Origin: Candidatus Babelota bacterium
Lineage (GTDB): Bacteria; Babelota; Babeliae; Babelales; Vermiphilaceae
NCBI GenBank assembly: GCA_039809905.1
Contig: JBDHVY010000001.1
Span: forward strand, 480,001 to 512,000
DNA: 32,000 nucleotides
Direction: 5' to 3'
The notes beneath the pieces are model-generated. The model was not told where the DNA came from. It made no database searches and saw only the letters and a list, made by a program, of their open reading frames with translations. Positions 18,540 to 27,630 of this stretch are shown here, one piece after another. The position numbers were made by a program, and so were the translations under genes. Positions within the stretch are counted from its first letter, which is position 1. Every line of letters starts with the position of its first letter.

Positions 18540-20723
18540 CTATCTACAACTTAAATCACTAGTGAGAAACTCTTTTAAAAAAGTAGTCCGTTCAACACTT
18601 GTGTTATTTTTTACTGCCATTGCAACTGCTCGCGATTGCCCAATAATAATACATAATTTTTTAGCACGAGTAACTGCGGTATAAATTAAATTACGTTGTA
18701 ACATCATAAAATGTTGCATAAAAAGAGGAATAATAACTGCCGAGAATTCTGATCCTTGGCTTTTATGAATAGATATTGCATACGCATGCACAAGCTCTGA
18801 CATATCCGATGCTTCATATTCAACCAAGACACCAAGAAAGTTCACCTGCATTATTCTATCTTCAGCATTAATAGTTTCAATAATACCAATATCACCATTA
18901 AAGACATGTTTATCATAATTATTGCGCAACTGCATCACGCGATCACCAATCTGAAACTGCGCACCAGCGTAAGTAATCATCGGACCACCATTATTGCCAT
19001 TAAGCATCTGTTGTAAATCGTGATTTAATTTTTGTGTTCCTGCAACACCACGATGCATTGGCGCTAAAACTATTGCATCATCTTTATGTATGCCATAATG
19101 GCGCAATGCCTTTGAATATATTGTTGTCAGATGTTGTGAAATATTTTCGGGATTATCTTCTTTAATAAAAATAAAATCTTTACGTGCATTTTCATGCTCA
19201 GTTGTAGGAAACTCACCGTTATTTATTTTATGCGCATTAATAACAATTAAACTATCTTGTGCTTGTCTAAAAATATGCTGCAAATGAATGGTTGTAACCT
19301 TTTTACTTGCGATCATATCTTTCAAAAAATTACCCGGACCTACTGAAGGTAATTGATCAACGTCTCCAATAAGCACAAGATGCGCTGAATATGGTAATGC
19401 TTTAATTAAAGCATGTGCAAGAAATACATCAATCATTGAAGCTTCATCAACAATTAAAAAATCAGTCTTTAACGCATTACTTTCATTATGCTTAAAGCTC
19501 ATGGTACTCACATCAAAATCAAGCAATCTATGGAGCGTTGATGCAGGCCTTGCTGTTCCTTCCGTGATACGCTTGGCAGCACGCCCTGTAGGCGCAGCCA
19601 AACTGTATTGAACTCTGTGCACATCTAAAATAGTAAGCAATTGCTTAATTAATGTTGTCTTACCTGTGCCAGGACCACCGGTAATGATAGTAACTTTGTG
19701 CTGTAAACATGCAAGAACTCCTGAGCGTTGTTGCTCATTGAGCTTTAATGCATTGGTTGATGGATTTTCTTGTAACATGTTTTCTATTTTAGATAGATCA
19801 AAAGTGTGGTGCGCAAAAGTCATTAACTTATCAATTTTATGAGCAATACCTTTTTCCGCAAAATAAAATGATGGCAAGGTAATATAATGAATATCATTAT
19901 GGGTAAGTAATTTTATTTTATCAGCATTATATAAATCATGCAGTGAACATTTAATAGTATGTTGAATTTCTTCTAATTCAAACTCAAGCAGTTCAGCAGT
20001 TTCTTTTTTAAGAGCATCGAGCTCAATATATAAATTACCATCAGACGATGTTGTCTGAACAACATGCAAAATAGCCGCAATAATACGGCGTTTACAATCA
20101 AGAGCAATGCCACTTTTTTGCGCTATCTGATCAGCTGTTTTAAAACCAATACCCCAAATATCTTGTGCAAGACGATAAGGATTTTCTTCAATAAGTGCTA
20201 TCGCGTTATTTTTATAATGTTTATAAATTTTTACGGCATATGTTGCTGAAATGCCTTTATTTTGCAAAAACACCATAATATTGGAAATCTCTTTTTGATC
20301 TTTCCATGCAACAATAATCTTTTCAACACGTTTTGCACCAATACCTGGAACAGATAACAATCGTTGCGGTTCTTTATCAATAACTTCAAGAACTTTTTCA
20401 CCAAAAGCAGCAACCAGTTTATCTCCATAAACTGGTCCAATTCCTTTAATAAGACCTGATCCTAAATACTTTTTGAGCCCAAGAATAGATGTTGGCGCTT
20501 GTTTTTCACATGATTGAGCATCAAATTGTTTTCCAAATTTTTGATGCATATTCCAAACACCGCGCACTACTACTTGTTCTCCTGCAGTAATCGTCGGAAC
20601 ATGTCCTTTTACGGTAACACTATTGTGTGCAGTAAGTTGTATGACAAAAACGGCAAAACCATTTTCTTGGTTTTGATAAATAACACGATCAACAATACCG
20701 TGAATAATTTCTGTTTCAAGCAT
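18540..20723 (-). CDS. recD2: ATP-dependent RecD2-like SF1B DNA helicase
   Basis: 727 aa. It has the RecD2-type N-terminal OB region (GIVDRVIYQNQENGFAVFVI), HhH region (LLSVPGIGAKRVEKII) and Walker A (ITGGPGTGKTT). Also present are DEASM, LIGDVDQLPSVGPG and a C-terminal YAISIHKSQGSEF...LIYTAVTRAK. Confidence 0.93.
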   Translation of the reverse strand: MLETEIIHGIVDRVIYQNQENGFAVFVIQLTAHNSVTVKGHVPTITAGEQVVVRGVWNMHQKFGKQFDAQSCEKQAPTSILGLKKYLGSGLIKGIGPVYGDKLVAAFGEKVLEVIDKEPQRLLSVPGIGAKRVEKIIVAWKDQKEISNIMVFLQNKGISATYAVKIYKHYKNNAIALIEENPYRLAQDIWGIGFKTADQIAQKSGIALDCKRRIIAAILHVVQTTSSDGNLYIELDALKKETAELLEFELEEIQHTIKCSLHDLYNADKIKLLTHNDIHYITLPSFYFAEKGIAHKIDKLMTFAHHTFDLSKIENMLQENPSTNALKLNEQQRSGVLACLQHKVTIITGGPGTGKTTLIKQLLTILDVHRVQYSLAAPTGRAAKRITEGTARPASTLHRLLDFDVSTMSFKHNESNALKTDFLIVDEASMIDVFLAHALIKALPYSAHLVLIGDVDQLPSVGPGNFLKDMIASKKVTTIHLQHIFRQAQDSLIVINAHKINNGEFPTTEHENARKDFIFIKEDNPENISQHLTTIYSKALRHYGIHKDDAIVLAPMHRGVAGTQKLNHDLQQMLNGNNGGPMITYAGAQFQIGDRVMQLRNNYDKHVFNGDIGIIETINAEDRIMQVNFLGVLVEYEASDMSELVHAYAISIHKSQGSEFSAVIIPLFMQHFMMLQRNLIYTAVTRAKKLCIIIGQSRAVAMAVKNNTSVERTTFLKEFLTSDLSCR

Positions 20724-21525
20724 GGGTGTGTTTTATATACTCTGTTAATAAAGGAACTATAATTTGTGGCGTAATTTCACTAAGATTTATTGAATCAAGA
20801 TATCGCTCTTTAAGGTATTTGAGAAATTCAATTTCATTAATATGATCACCCTTTACATGCGCTTTTTTAAGAACGATCGGTAATATTTCTTTTACCGCGC
20901 TCCACTTTTCAACACGATCTTTAAATTGTGCTTCTGCTTTTGGGCAACTATGAATAAGATCAAGAAGAAAGTTCACCAAATCAATAAGAAAATGATAATA
21001 ATCATCAAAGCTTTTGATTTGACGTTCAAATGCGGTTGATTCTTGACCTTCTTTAGTTTTTGCCCATTCAAGCAAAAAACTTTCAGAGCGATTACGCTTT
21101 TGACAATCTTCTTGAATAAGAACTATCATGATATTTTTTGCCCCACGACCACTTTCTATAAATTCACCCGACTGCACAATAAAATCTGCTTTTGCATGCG
21201 TTAATAATTCTTCAAGTGCTGAACGAATAGCAATATCTTTTTTATCCACTGAATTACTTATTTCTTTTTCAATACGAGCAAGATCTTCCACGCTATAAAA
21301 TTTACCACCGAGATTATATCTGCCTTTACGCTGACTATTCGGCTGCAATTCTCCTAAAATAAAATCTAGGAGTTTTCTGCGATACTTTCTTATATATTCT
21401 ATTTTGTCGGCATTAATAAAAGTACCATCTGCTATTTTAATAACAGAAGATTCAAGCTTTACTCTGTGTTCACCGTACATAAGTATATTCATCATGAGTG
21501 GCAAGAAAAATATTACTCTCTTCAA
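20716..21525 (-). CDS. Hypothetical protein with N-terminal signal-like segment
   Basis: 269 aa. Its 3' end overlaps the recD2 start by 8 nt, suggesting translational coupling. No family recognised. Confidence 0.65.
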   Translation of the reverse strand: MKRVIFFLPLMMNILMYGEHRVKLESSVIKIADGTFINADKIEYIRKYRRKLLDFILGELQPNSQRKGRYNLGGKFYSVEDLARIEKEISNSVDKKDIAIRSALEELLTHAKADFIVQSGEFIESGRGAKNIMIVLIQEDCQKRNRSESFLLEWAKTKEGQESTAFERQIKSFDDYYHFLIDLVNFLLDLIHSCPKAEAQFKDRVEKWSAVKEILPIVLKKAHVKGDHINEIEFLKYLKERYLDSINLSEITPQIIVPLLTEYIKHTHA

Positions 21526-21618
21526 TTGATTCTCCCCTTATAAAAGTAGACTTAATAATTTACCTTTGCTCATGCTTCATTCCATTACACTTATGATATA
21601 TCATATTACATCGCTATT

Positions 21619-23292
21619 TTAAAAGCTTGATTCAAAATTAAGAGCAAGGGAGTAATCTTGTCCTAAACCTTTTGTATTAAGTGATGCATCAGCATTTATT
21701 GAAAAAAAGTATGTACATTTATCTGATTTAATTTTAAATAAGAAAGCTCCAAAGATTTTACTTTGCTGTGCAACTGGTTGTTTAGCTTTGAAAACATCAA
21801 TTTCAGCCAAGGTTTTCGGTGAGGCATTTATTGAAGAAAGATGTGCCTTATTTTGTAGCCAAAAATCTGTTCCTAAATTAAATCCAAAAATATCCCCTTT
21901 ATAATACATGCCACTTGTCCAACGAAAAATAACACCAGGAACAATTTTTGTATCAAATGCACGTAAAAAAAGTCTTGAGATAGCTTGTTCCTTTAAAAAT
22001 TGTAAGTTTTCAGCAGCCATATCAAGATCTTTAAAATTGTGTTCGGCAAAAGCAGCTTCATTAACTCTATTTATATAAAATCGTTTTTCTCGCGCAGGAA
22101 CAAACATTTCTAATGAAATTCGATTAGCAAACTTTAATCGCTGTGCAAACCATGTATTCATAATAGTACTCAAAGGGGCTTTTCCACGCATATATACACC
22201 CAAGCCCAAATGACCATTATTTCCAAGAGGCACATCAATCAAATCCGCAGCAACTCTATCAAGTGCATCTAAAAGAAAATTTTGCAACAACAGCTTTGCT
22301 GCTTGCTCAGAATCTTCACTCGGATTTGATAAAGCATCAAAAATAGGTTCCAACTCAAATGTTGGTAATGTTGACGGCTTGGCAAAAGACGAACCTAAAA
22401 ATCCTGCTCCCCATCTAAAAGCTGTTGGAATAGTTGCAAGACCTCCAACGCGTAATTTGTATGATGGACGATTTAATACCGTGCCATCAATTTCGATACG
22501 TGTATCTCCCAAACCTATTTTATCACTAATAAAATGAGCTTTTCTAAATCTTTTTTCTTCTTCAGGTTCCATAGCTCCAAGCTCTCTGGCAACCGCATCT
22601 TGTTCTTTTTTTGTTAAAGAAAAGTTACTCTCTAAATAATACAAAGGAGCCATAATGCGTAGCGTGACATTATTCCATCGCTTCATGCCATGAATCATAA
22701 ACCCAACCTGGCGTTCTTCAACCGTCATATTCCTGAAAAGTCCAAATATTTTATCAATATCAAGATCAATTCCCAGAGAAAGCATATTTGCATTCTCAAT
22801 AGCTTGTTCAAGCCGAGCAATTAATGAATTTTGAGAAAGAGCAAGCCATGATTCTAATTTATCACTACCTCTGGTGAAATTTGATCGGGTAGTCTTACGT
22901 GCAAATGCATTGAGACCCACAACCCACTTACCAGGAAACTCTGGACGATCTGGTTCAAATATAGGTTGATCAAGTAAACTTCTTTTATTAAGAATATTAG
23001 TATGTAAAAAAAGAGGTTCTTGTAAAACTGCAGGCACGCCTAATGCATTCAGAATAACCATAATTTCAACCGGATTAACCGCACGAGATATATGATCCAT
23101 CCCTGTTGTATCAAGATATTCATTCATAAACTCATAATCATCTTCTTCATCAAAAGAGACACTATCAAAATCAAAATCTTTAGTTTCTGTAGGCTGTTTA
23201 TATGTCTCAGAAAGATCTTCCGGCTTTATATAAGAACAGATTCCACTCAATAATAGGCTCGATAATACTAATTTCAATAGATACGGCATCAT
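21619..23292 (-). CDS. Hypothetical secreted protein, possible outer-membrane protein
   Basis: 557 aa with signal peptide MMPYLLKLVLSSLLLSGICS and an acidic linker. The C-terminus ends ...YSLALNFESSF, an OMP-like terminal aromatic. Confidence 0.6.
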   Translation of the reverse strand: MMPYLLKLVLSSLLLSGICSYIKPEDLSETYKQPTETKDFDFDSVSFDEEDDYEFMNEYLDTTGMDHISRAVNPVEIMVILNALGVPAVLQEPLFLHTNILNKRSLLDQPIFEPDRPEFPGKWVVGLNAFARKTTRSNFTRGSDKLESWLALSQNSLIARLEQAIENANMLSLGIDLDIDKIFGLFRNMTVEERQVGFMIHGMKRWNNVTLRIMAPLYYLESNFSLTKKEQDAVARELGAMEPEEEKRFRKAHFISDKIGLGDTRIEIDGTVLNRPSYKLRVGGLATIPTAFRWGAGFLGSSFAKPSTLPTFELEPIFDALSNPSEDSEQAAKLLLQNFLLDALDRVAADLIDVPLGNNGHLGLGVYMRGKAPLSTIMNTWFAQRLKFANRISLEMFVPAREKRFYINRVNEAAFAEHNFKDLDMAAENLQFLKEQAISRLFLRAFDTKIVPGVIFRWTSGMYYKGDIFGFNLGTDFWLQNKAHLSSINASPKTLAEIDVFKAKQPVAQQSKIFGAFLFKIKSDKCTYFFSINADASLNTKGLGQDYSLALNFESSF

Positions 23293-23712
23293 AATTTATA
23301 TTTTCTTTGGTTAAGTTTCAGATTAAAAAAATAATATATAGCATAAGTCGTTACAAAGGCCCAATAAAACAATCGCACATTTCTTGATGCAGGGTCCCCA
23401 TTTTATCTCCACTTTCGCTATCGCTTCATCGGTATCCCCCGGTGAAACGAAGTAAAACAAGAGGTGAAAATAGAGAATGGGTTGAAGTCATTATATCAAT
23501 GGTCATTAGTCAATTATTACAAAAATTCTGCAAAAATGATACTGTACCCAAAGGGCTACCTCAAAAACTACGTATCCAATTCAATCATTTTGGTCAAAAA
23601 TATGCCTTTTTACCAACATTCCACTTGTGAAAAAATAAAAAACTGAGTTACACTAGAAAAAGAGTATTTCAGAATATAATAGAGGTTGGAGCTATTACAA
23701 TAAAGGATAACC

Positions 23713-23967
23713 ATGGACGGCATTTTTTATGCAAAAGCAGCCGCATATATTGGAGCGGCAATTACTATGGGCTTCGGCAGTCTTGGGCCAGCAATTGGTC
23801 AAGGAATCATCGGAATGAAAGCTTGTGAAAATCTTGGAAAATATCCAGAATCTGCTGACAAACTGCGCACAACTATGATGGTCGCTCTTGGTGTTGTAGA
23901 ATCTTCGGCAATATATTGCTTCCTTATTTCTGGATGGTTAGTATATCTTGGATCGCAAATCGGATAA
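23713..23967 (+). CDS. atpE: F0F1 ATP synthase subunit c
   Basis: 84 aa forming a two-helix hairpin, with GPAIGQG in helix 1, a polar loop and VVESSAIY (ion-binding Glu) in helix 2. Shine-Dalgarno AAGGA lies upstream. Confidence 0.93.
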   Translation: MDGIFYAKAAAYIGAAITMGFGSLGPAIGQGIIGMKACENLGKYPESADKLRTTMMVALGVVESSAIYCFLISGWLVYLGSQIG

Positions 23968-23973
23968 AAATCC

Positions 23974-24345
23974 ATGAATATAAATGCAACAATCTTGGTT
24001 CAAGCATTCAATTTTTTTATCGTATATTGGATGTTACGTCTTCTTCTTTTTAAACCTATTATTGCAATTATTGATCATGAAAAAAATCAAGAAAACGCTC
24101 TGCATAACATTATTAATCAGCAGAAAAAAAGTCTTGAAATCCAGGAAAAAGAACGGCAACGTCAGTGGCATATCTGCCAAGAATACTTTACTACACATCA
24201 ACCGCCAATTCTTCAACAAAAATCTTCTCTTGATGAAATAGATCAAGGTATTGAAATGGTAAAAACAGTATCTGCTGATTCTATCCTAGATACAATTTCT
24301 CAAGCAAAAAGCGCTTTAGAGGAAAAAATAAAGCATGTTTATTAA
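23974..24345 (+). CDS. F0F1 ATP synthase subunit b' (b-like)
   Basis: 123 aa. The N-terminus NATILVQAFNFFIVYWMLRLLLFKPIIAII matches the b-subunit membrane anchor pattern, followed by a charged helix. Position in the atp cluster supports the call. Confidence 0.6.
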   Translation: MNINATILVQAFNFFIVYWMLRLLLFKPIIAIIDHEKNQENALHNIINQQKKSLEIQEKERQRQWHICQEYFTTHQPPILQQKSSLDEIDQGIEMVKTVSADSILDTISQAKSALEEKIKHVY

Positions 24346-24832
24346 TCAAAACATTGTTGCGGTTATCTTTAAGTTAATCAATTTTTTTGCAATCATAGGC
24401 TTGGTATATTTTCTCTTTAAAAAATATGTCAAAGCTGACCTACTTTTTGCTATAGAACAAAAAGATGCTGATCATGCATCGTTGCTCCGCCAAAAGATAA
24501 CCCTTGAAAATCAATTGCGTAATCTTGATGAGCAAGTACAATCAGAATCTATTCAATGCCAAGATCTTAAATCTAAAATCGATGAGTGGAAGCGGAAAGT
24601 CAATCTTGAAAAAGAAGTACATGAAAAAGAACTAAGCACTTTGTTGCTTATCGCAAAAAAACGTAGAACTGAAGTTGCATGCAAACAAGAGAATCAACGT
24701 GTGCAAAATCACGTTATCGATGCGGTAGCAGATGATTTAAAAAAAACTATCTCTCATGATTTTTCACACTCAAAAAAAGGAAATGATTATCTTGATGCAA
24801 TTATACGCTTTATGAATGAGAAAATATCATGA
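24335..24832 (+). CDS. atpF: F0F1 ATP synthase subunit b
   Basis: 165 aa with a single N-terminal TM span (VIFKLINFFAIIGLVYFLF) and a long charged helix. It overlaps both neighbours within the atp cluster. Confidence 0.65.
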   Translation: MFINQNIVAVIFKLINFFAIIGLVYFLFKKYVKADLLFAIEQKDADHASLLRQKITLENQLRNLDEQVQSESIQCQDLKSKIDEWKRKVNLEKEVHEKELSTLLLIAKKRRTEVACKQENQRVQNHVIDAVADDLKKTISHDFSHSKKGNDYLDAIIRFMNEKIS

Positions 24833-25374
24833 ATAACACTGCGGTTAATAAAGATGTTGCAAAAAAATATGCTCAGGCATTTTTAGCCATATTTCCTAAA
24901 ACATTTACATTTAGCGATGTAAAAAAAATAGAAGCTGCATATGAATTTTTGCAAACGCACAAACGCACACTCTTCTTTTTACAGCTTCCACAATTTGATC
25001 AAGAAAGAAGAAAATCTATGGTTGCGGATTTAATTGATTATTTTTCATTATCCGATAGCCTTGCAACAATTATCTTACTGCTTATTGAGCATAATCGTGC
25101 TTTTTATATCCCAACTGTTTTTTTGTGGATTACTCGATTATACAAGCAACAGATAAACAGCACTGAATTTTCTATTATAACCACTCAAGAAATCAACGAC
25201 CAACAGATTGAATCAATTAAACAATTCCTTGGTCGTTTAGTTAATAAAAAAATTATAGGTACACCGTCTATAGATACATCACTCATTGCAGGTCTACGAT
25301 TACAAAGCAATGAATATCTATGGGAATATTCGATACGCAAGCATATTAATGCTTTACAAGCATTGAAACGATAA
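24829..25374 (+). CDS. atpH: F0F1 ATP synthase subunit delta (OSCP)
   Basis: 181 aa. The N-terminus VAKKYAQAFLAIF and C-terminus IAGLRLQSNEYLWEYSIRKHINAL fit the delta/OSCP pattern. ATGA overlap with atpF, and it lies directly upstream of atpA. Confidence 0.75.
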   Translation: MNNTAVNKDVAKKYAQAFLAIFPKTFTFSDVKKIEAAYEFLQTHKRTLFFLQLPQFDQERRKSMVADLIDYFSLSDSLATIILLLIEHNRAFYIPTVFLWITRLYKQQINSTEFSIITTQEINDQQIESIKQFLGRLVNKKIIGTPSIDTSLIAGLRLQSNEYLWEYSIRKHINALQALKR

Positions 25375-25387
25375 AAGGCTCATAATT

Positions 25388-26887
25388 ATGAAAAATACAG
25401 ATCTTATATCTCTCTTTGAACGTTCACTCCGTGATTTACCAGAAGAACAATTAGAAGAAATTGGTACTGTTATCCGTGTAGGCGATAATATTTGTACCGT
25501 ATATGGTTTATCAAACGCGATGCTGGGTGAATTAATTAATTTTGAAGGTGGCAATAGCGGTATTGTGTTTCAATTAGAAGAAAACTCTGTTGCTATTTTT
25601 TTAATTGATAGAACTATCCCTGTTGCAGAGCTTGAAACAGCAAAAAGAACACATTCTGTATTTAAAACACCTGTTGGCATGGGCCTTATTGGTCGAATTA
25701 TTAGCGCTGAAGGCCAACCACGCGATGGAGTTGGCGATTTAGATGTCGCAGAATATCGTCCTATAGAAACAGATATACCTGGCATTATGGAACGCTCTCC
25801 CGTTAATGAATCTCTTGAAACTGGCATTTTGGCCGTTGATATATTAGTTCCTATCGGAAAAGGACAGCGCGAACTCATTGTAGGCAATAGAAATACCGGC
25901 AAATCTTCACTGGCAATTGATGCGATTTTACATCAAAAAGGTAAAAATGTTTTATGTGTCTATGTTTCCATTGGTCAGCGCCAAGCAAACTTAGCTCGTC
26001 TTGTTTCGTTGCTCGAAAAAAATGGCGCCCTTGAATATTCGGTTGTTGTCAGTGCTGATTCAGGCGATGCCGTACTCAGTCAGTACCTTGCACCATATGT
26101 TGGCTGTACTATTGCAGAATATTTTCGCGATCAAGGAAAAGATGTTCTTGTTGTGTATGATGATTTAAGTAATCATGCAATTGCGTTTCGAGAAATGTCA
26201 TTGCTTGTTCGCAGATCACCAGGAAGAGAAGCATATCCTGGCGACGTTTTTTATCTTCATTCACGATTACTTGAACGTGCGGGAAAATTGGCAAAAGGCG
26301 GTTCCATTACCGCTCTTCCTATTGTACAAATCCAAGGAGATGATATTACTGCGTACATTCCAACTAATCTTATTTCTATCACTGATGGACAAATCTTTTT
26401 AGATACAAAATTATTTAATCAAGGAATTCGTCCTGCAGTAAATGCTGAACTTTCTGTATCACGTGTTGGTGGTGCTGCGCAAACAAAAGCAGTAAAAAAA
26501 ATGACACGCGCATTACGCTTGGAATTAGCACAGTATCAAGAACTTCTGGCTTTTGCACAATTTGGCGCAGAACTTGATGAAGTATCTCATCGTCAATTGG
26601 AACGGGGAAAACGTGCAGTTGAATTGCTTAAACAGCCACAATATGTAACATATTCTTTTGTTGATCAAGCACTCATGTTATTACTTTTAAAAGAAGGTTT
26701 TCTTGATAGCATGGTACTTACACAAGTTAATCCATTTGTTTTGCAATATGTAAGCTATCTTAAATCAGTACACCCAAATGTGTATAACACTATTGCTGAA
26801 ACAGAAGATATTTCTTCAGACATACAAAAGCAAATTATCGCTATTGCTGCAGAATTTAGTAAACTTTTTATACCAATACAAATTTAG
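25388..26887 (+). CDS. atpA: F0F1 ATP synthase subunit alpha
   Basis: 499 aa. It shows alpha-type motifs GRIISAEGQPRDG, ETGILAVDILVPIGKGQRELIVGNRNTGKS, VYDDLSNHA, REAYPGDVFYLHSRLLERA and ITDGQIFL. Confidence 0.97.
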   Translation: MKNTDLISLFERSLRDLPEEQLEEIGTVIRVGDNICTVYGLSNAMLGELINFEGGNSGIVFQLEENSVAIFLIDRTIPVAELETAKRTHSVFKTPVGMGLIGRIISAEGQPRDGVGDLDVAEYRPIETDIPGIMERSPVNESLETGILAVDILVPIGKGQRELIVGNRNTGKSSLAIDAILHQKGKNVLCVYVSIGQRQANLARLVSLLEKNGALEYSVVVSADSGDAVLSQYLAPYVGCTIAEYFRDQGKDVLVVYDDLSNHAIAFREMSLLVRRSPGREAYPGDVFYLHSRLLERAGKLAKGGSITALPIVQIQGDDITAYIPTNLISITDGQIFLDTKLFNQGIRPAVNAELSVSRVGGAAQTKAVKKMTRALRLELAQYQELLAFAQFGAELDEVSHRQLERGKRAVELLKQPQYVTYSFVDQALMLLLLKEGFLDSMVLTQVNPFVLQYVSYLKSVHPNVYNTIAETEDISSDIQKQIIAIAAEFSKLFIPIQI

Positions 26888-27026
26888 TTCTCATATTTTT
26901 TTAAAATTTGTTGTATAATAATGTCATATGTGCCTTTACCCCAGCTTTAAACCCCAGCTTCTTTTCTCTACGCCGGGGACCCCATAAAGAAAAAAAGGCA
27001 ACAGCTAGATAAATTTTGAAATTTGT

Positions 27027-27103
27027 GTGCCCGTAGCTCAGTTGGATAGAGCAACGGATTTCTAATCCGTAGGTCGTAGGTTCGAATCCTACCGGGCATA
27101 CCA
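27027..27103 (+). tRNA. tRNA-Arg (anticodon UCU), CCA encoded
   Basis: Manual cloverleaf: acceptor GTGCCCG/CGGGCAT (with G1.U72) and D arm GCTC-AGTTGGATA-GAGC. The anticodon arm is ACGGA-TTTCTAA-TCCGT, the variable loop AGGTC and the T arm GTAGG-TTCGAAT-CCTAC. Discriminator A followed by CCA. Confidence 0.95.
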
Positions 27104-27532
27104 AACTTGATGATCGGAAAAATTCAGTATCAAATCAAAAGGTTTTTCCGCATCAAATAGCAGGTTTTTGCCACTTAAGCGCAAGTTCGATAGTATCAAC
27201 TTAATAAGTTGTTTTTTTTCAACTTCAGAACTTTTAAATAATTCGTAGGCCCGGGTTGATAGATCCAGTATATATTTTGCTGTGATATAGTAGTTATCTT
27301 CAGCTTCTTGTAATTTACTCAACTGAGTATTCAATTCACCGATCTTATCGCGAATGGTATCAAATTCTGAACGGTCATCTTTATAAGCACTTTCATCAAA
27401 GCTAAAGCTTTTAATCATGGGAAAACCTTTATTCTGACAGTAGTTTTCTAACCGTATAACCTGTGCTGGCAATGATAAGCCTGCTTCTTTCTGTTCTTCT
27501 GTGCTTACACATGCAATAATAACCGCTTTCAT
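27089..27532 (-). pseudogene. Internally deleted large serine recombinase (integrase) remnant
   Basis: 147 aa. The N-terminus MKAVIIACVSTEEQKEAGLSLPAQVIRLENYCQNKGF matches the serine-recombinase catalytic start (xVSTxEQ...SLxxQ). After about 60 aa it jumps to coiled-coil/C-terminal-like sequence (...[32 protein letters not shown]). Its last codons overlap the tRNA-Arg 3' end. Confidence 0.7.
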
Positions 27533-27630
27533 CGATAAATAGATATATAAAATCTAAACTTGATTTTGTAGTTCTTGCTATGCTTTTCTATTCTCAGAAA
27601 TTATTATTACTATGTGTAACTGGAAAAAAT

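Noticed and set aside
20064-20762. ORFs 20064..20249, 20231..20440, 20514..20762 around recD2
   Set aside because: They are nested in or antisense to recD2, which is unambiguous.
23442-23646. Two overlapping ~60-aa ORFs in the atpE upstream gap
   Set aside because: They are mutually exclusive frames, one with a GTG start, with no Shine-Dalgarno and no membrane or AtpI/AtpB-like features. I treat the region as non-coding pending RNA evidence.
23984-26402. ORFs 23984..24241, 24034..24246, 25354..25554, 25570..25902, 26109..26294, 26175..26402
   Set aside because: These are shadow frames within the atp genes.
26901-27104. 67-aa minus-strand ORF ([25 protein letters not shown]...)
   Set aside because: It is the antisense translation of tRNA-Arg plus the upstream spacer. 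The VGFEPTT...SIQLSYG-type peptide is the classic artefact of reading a tRNA backwards.
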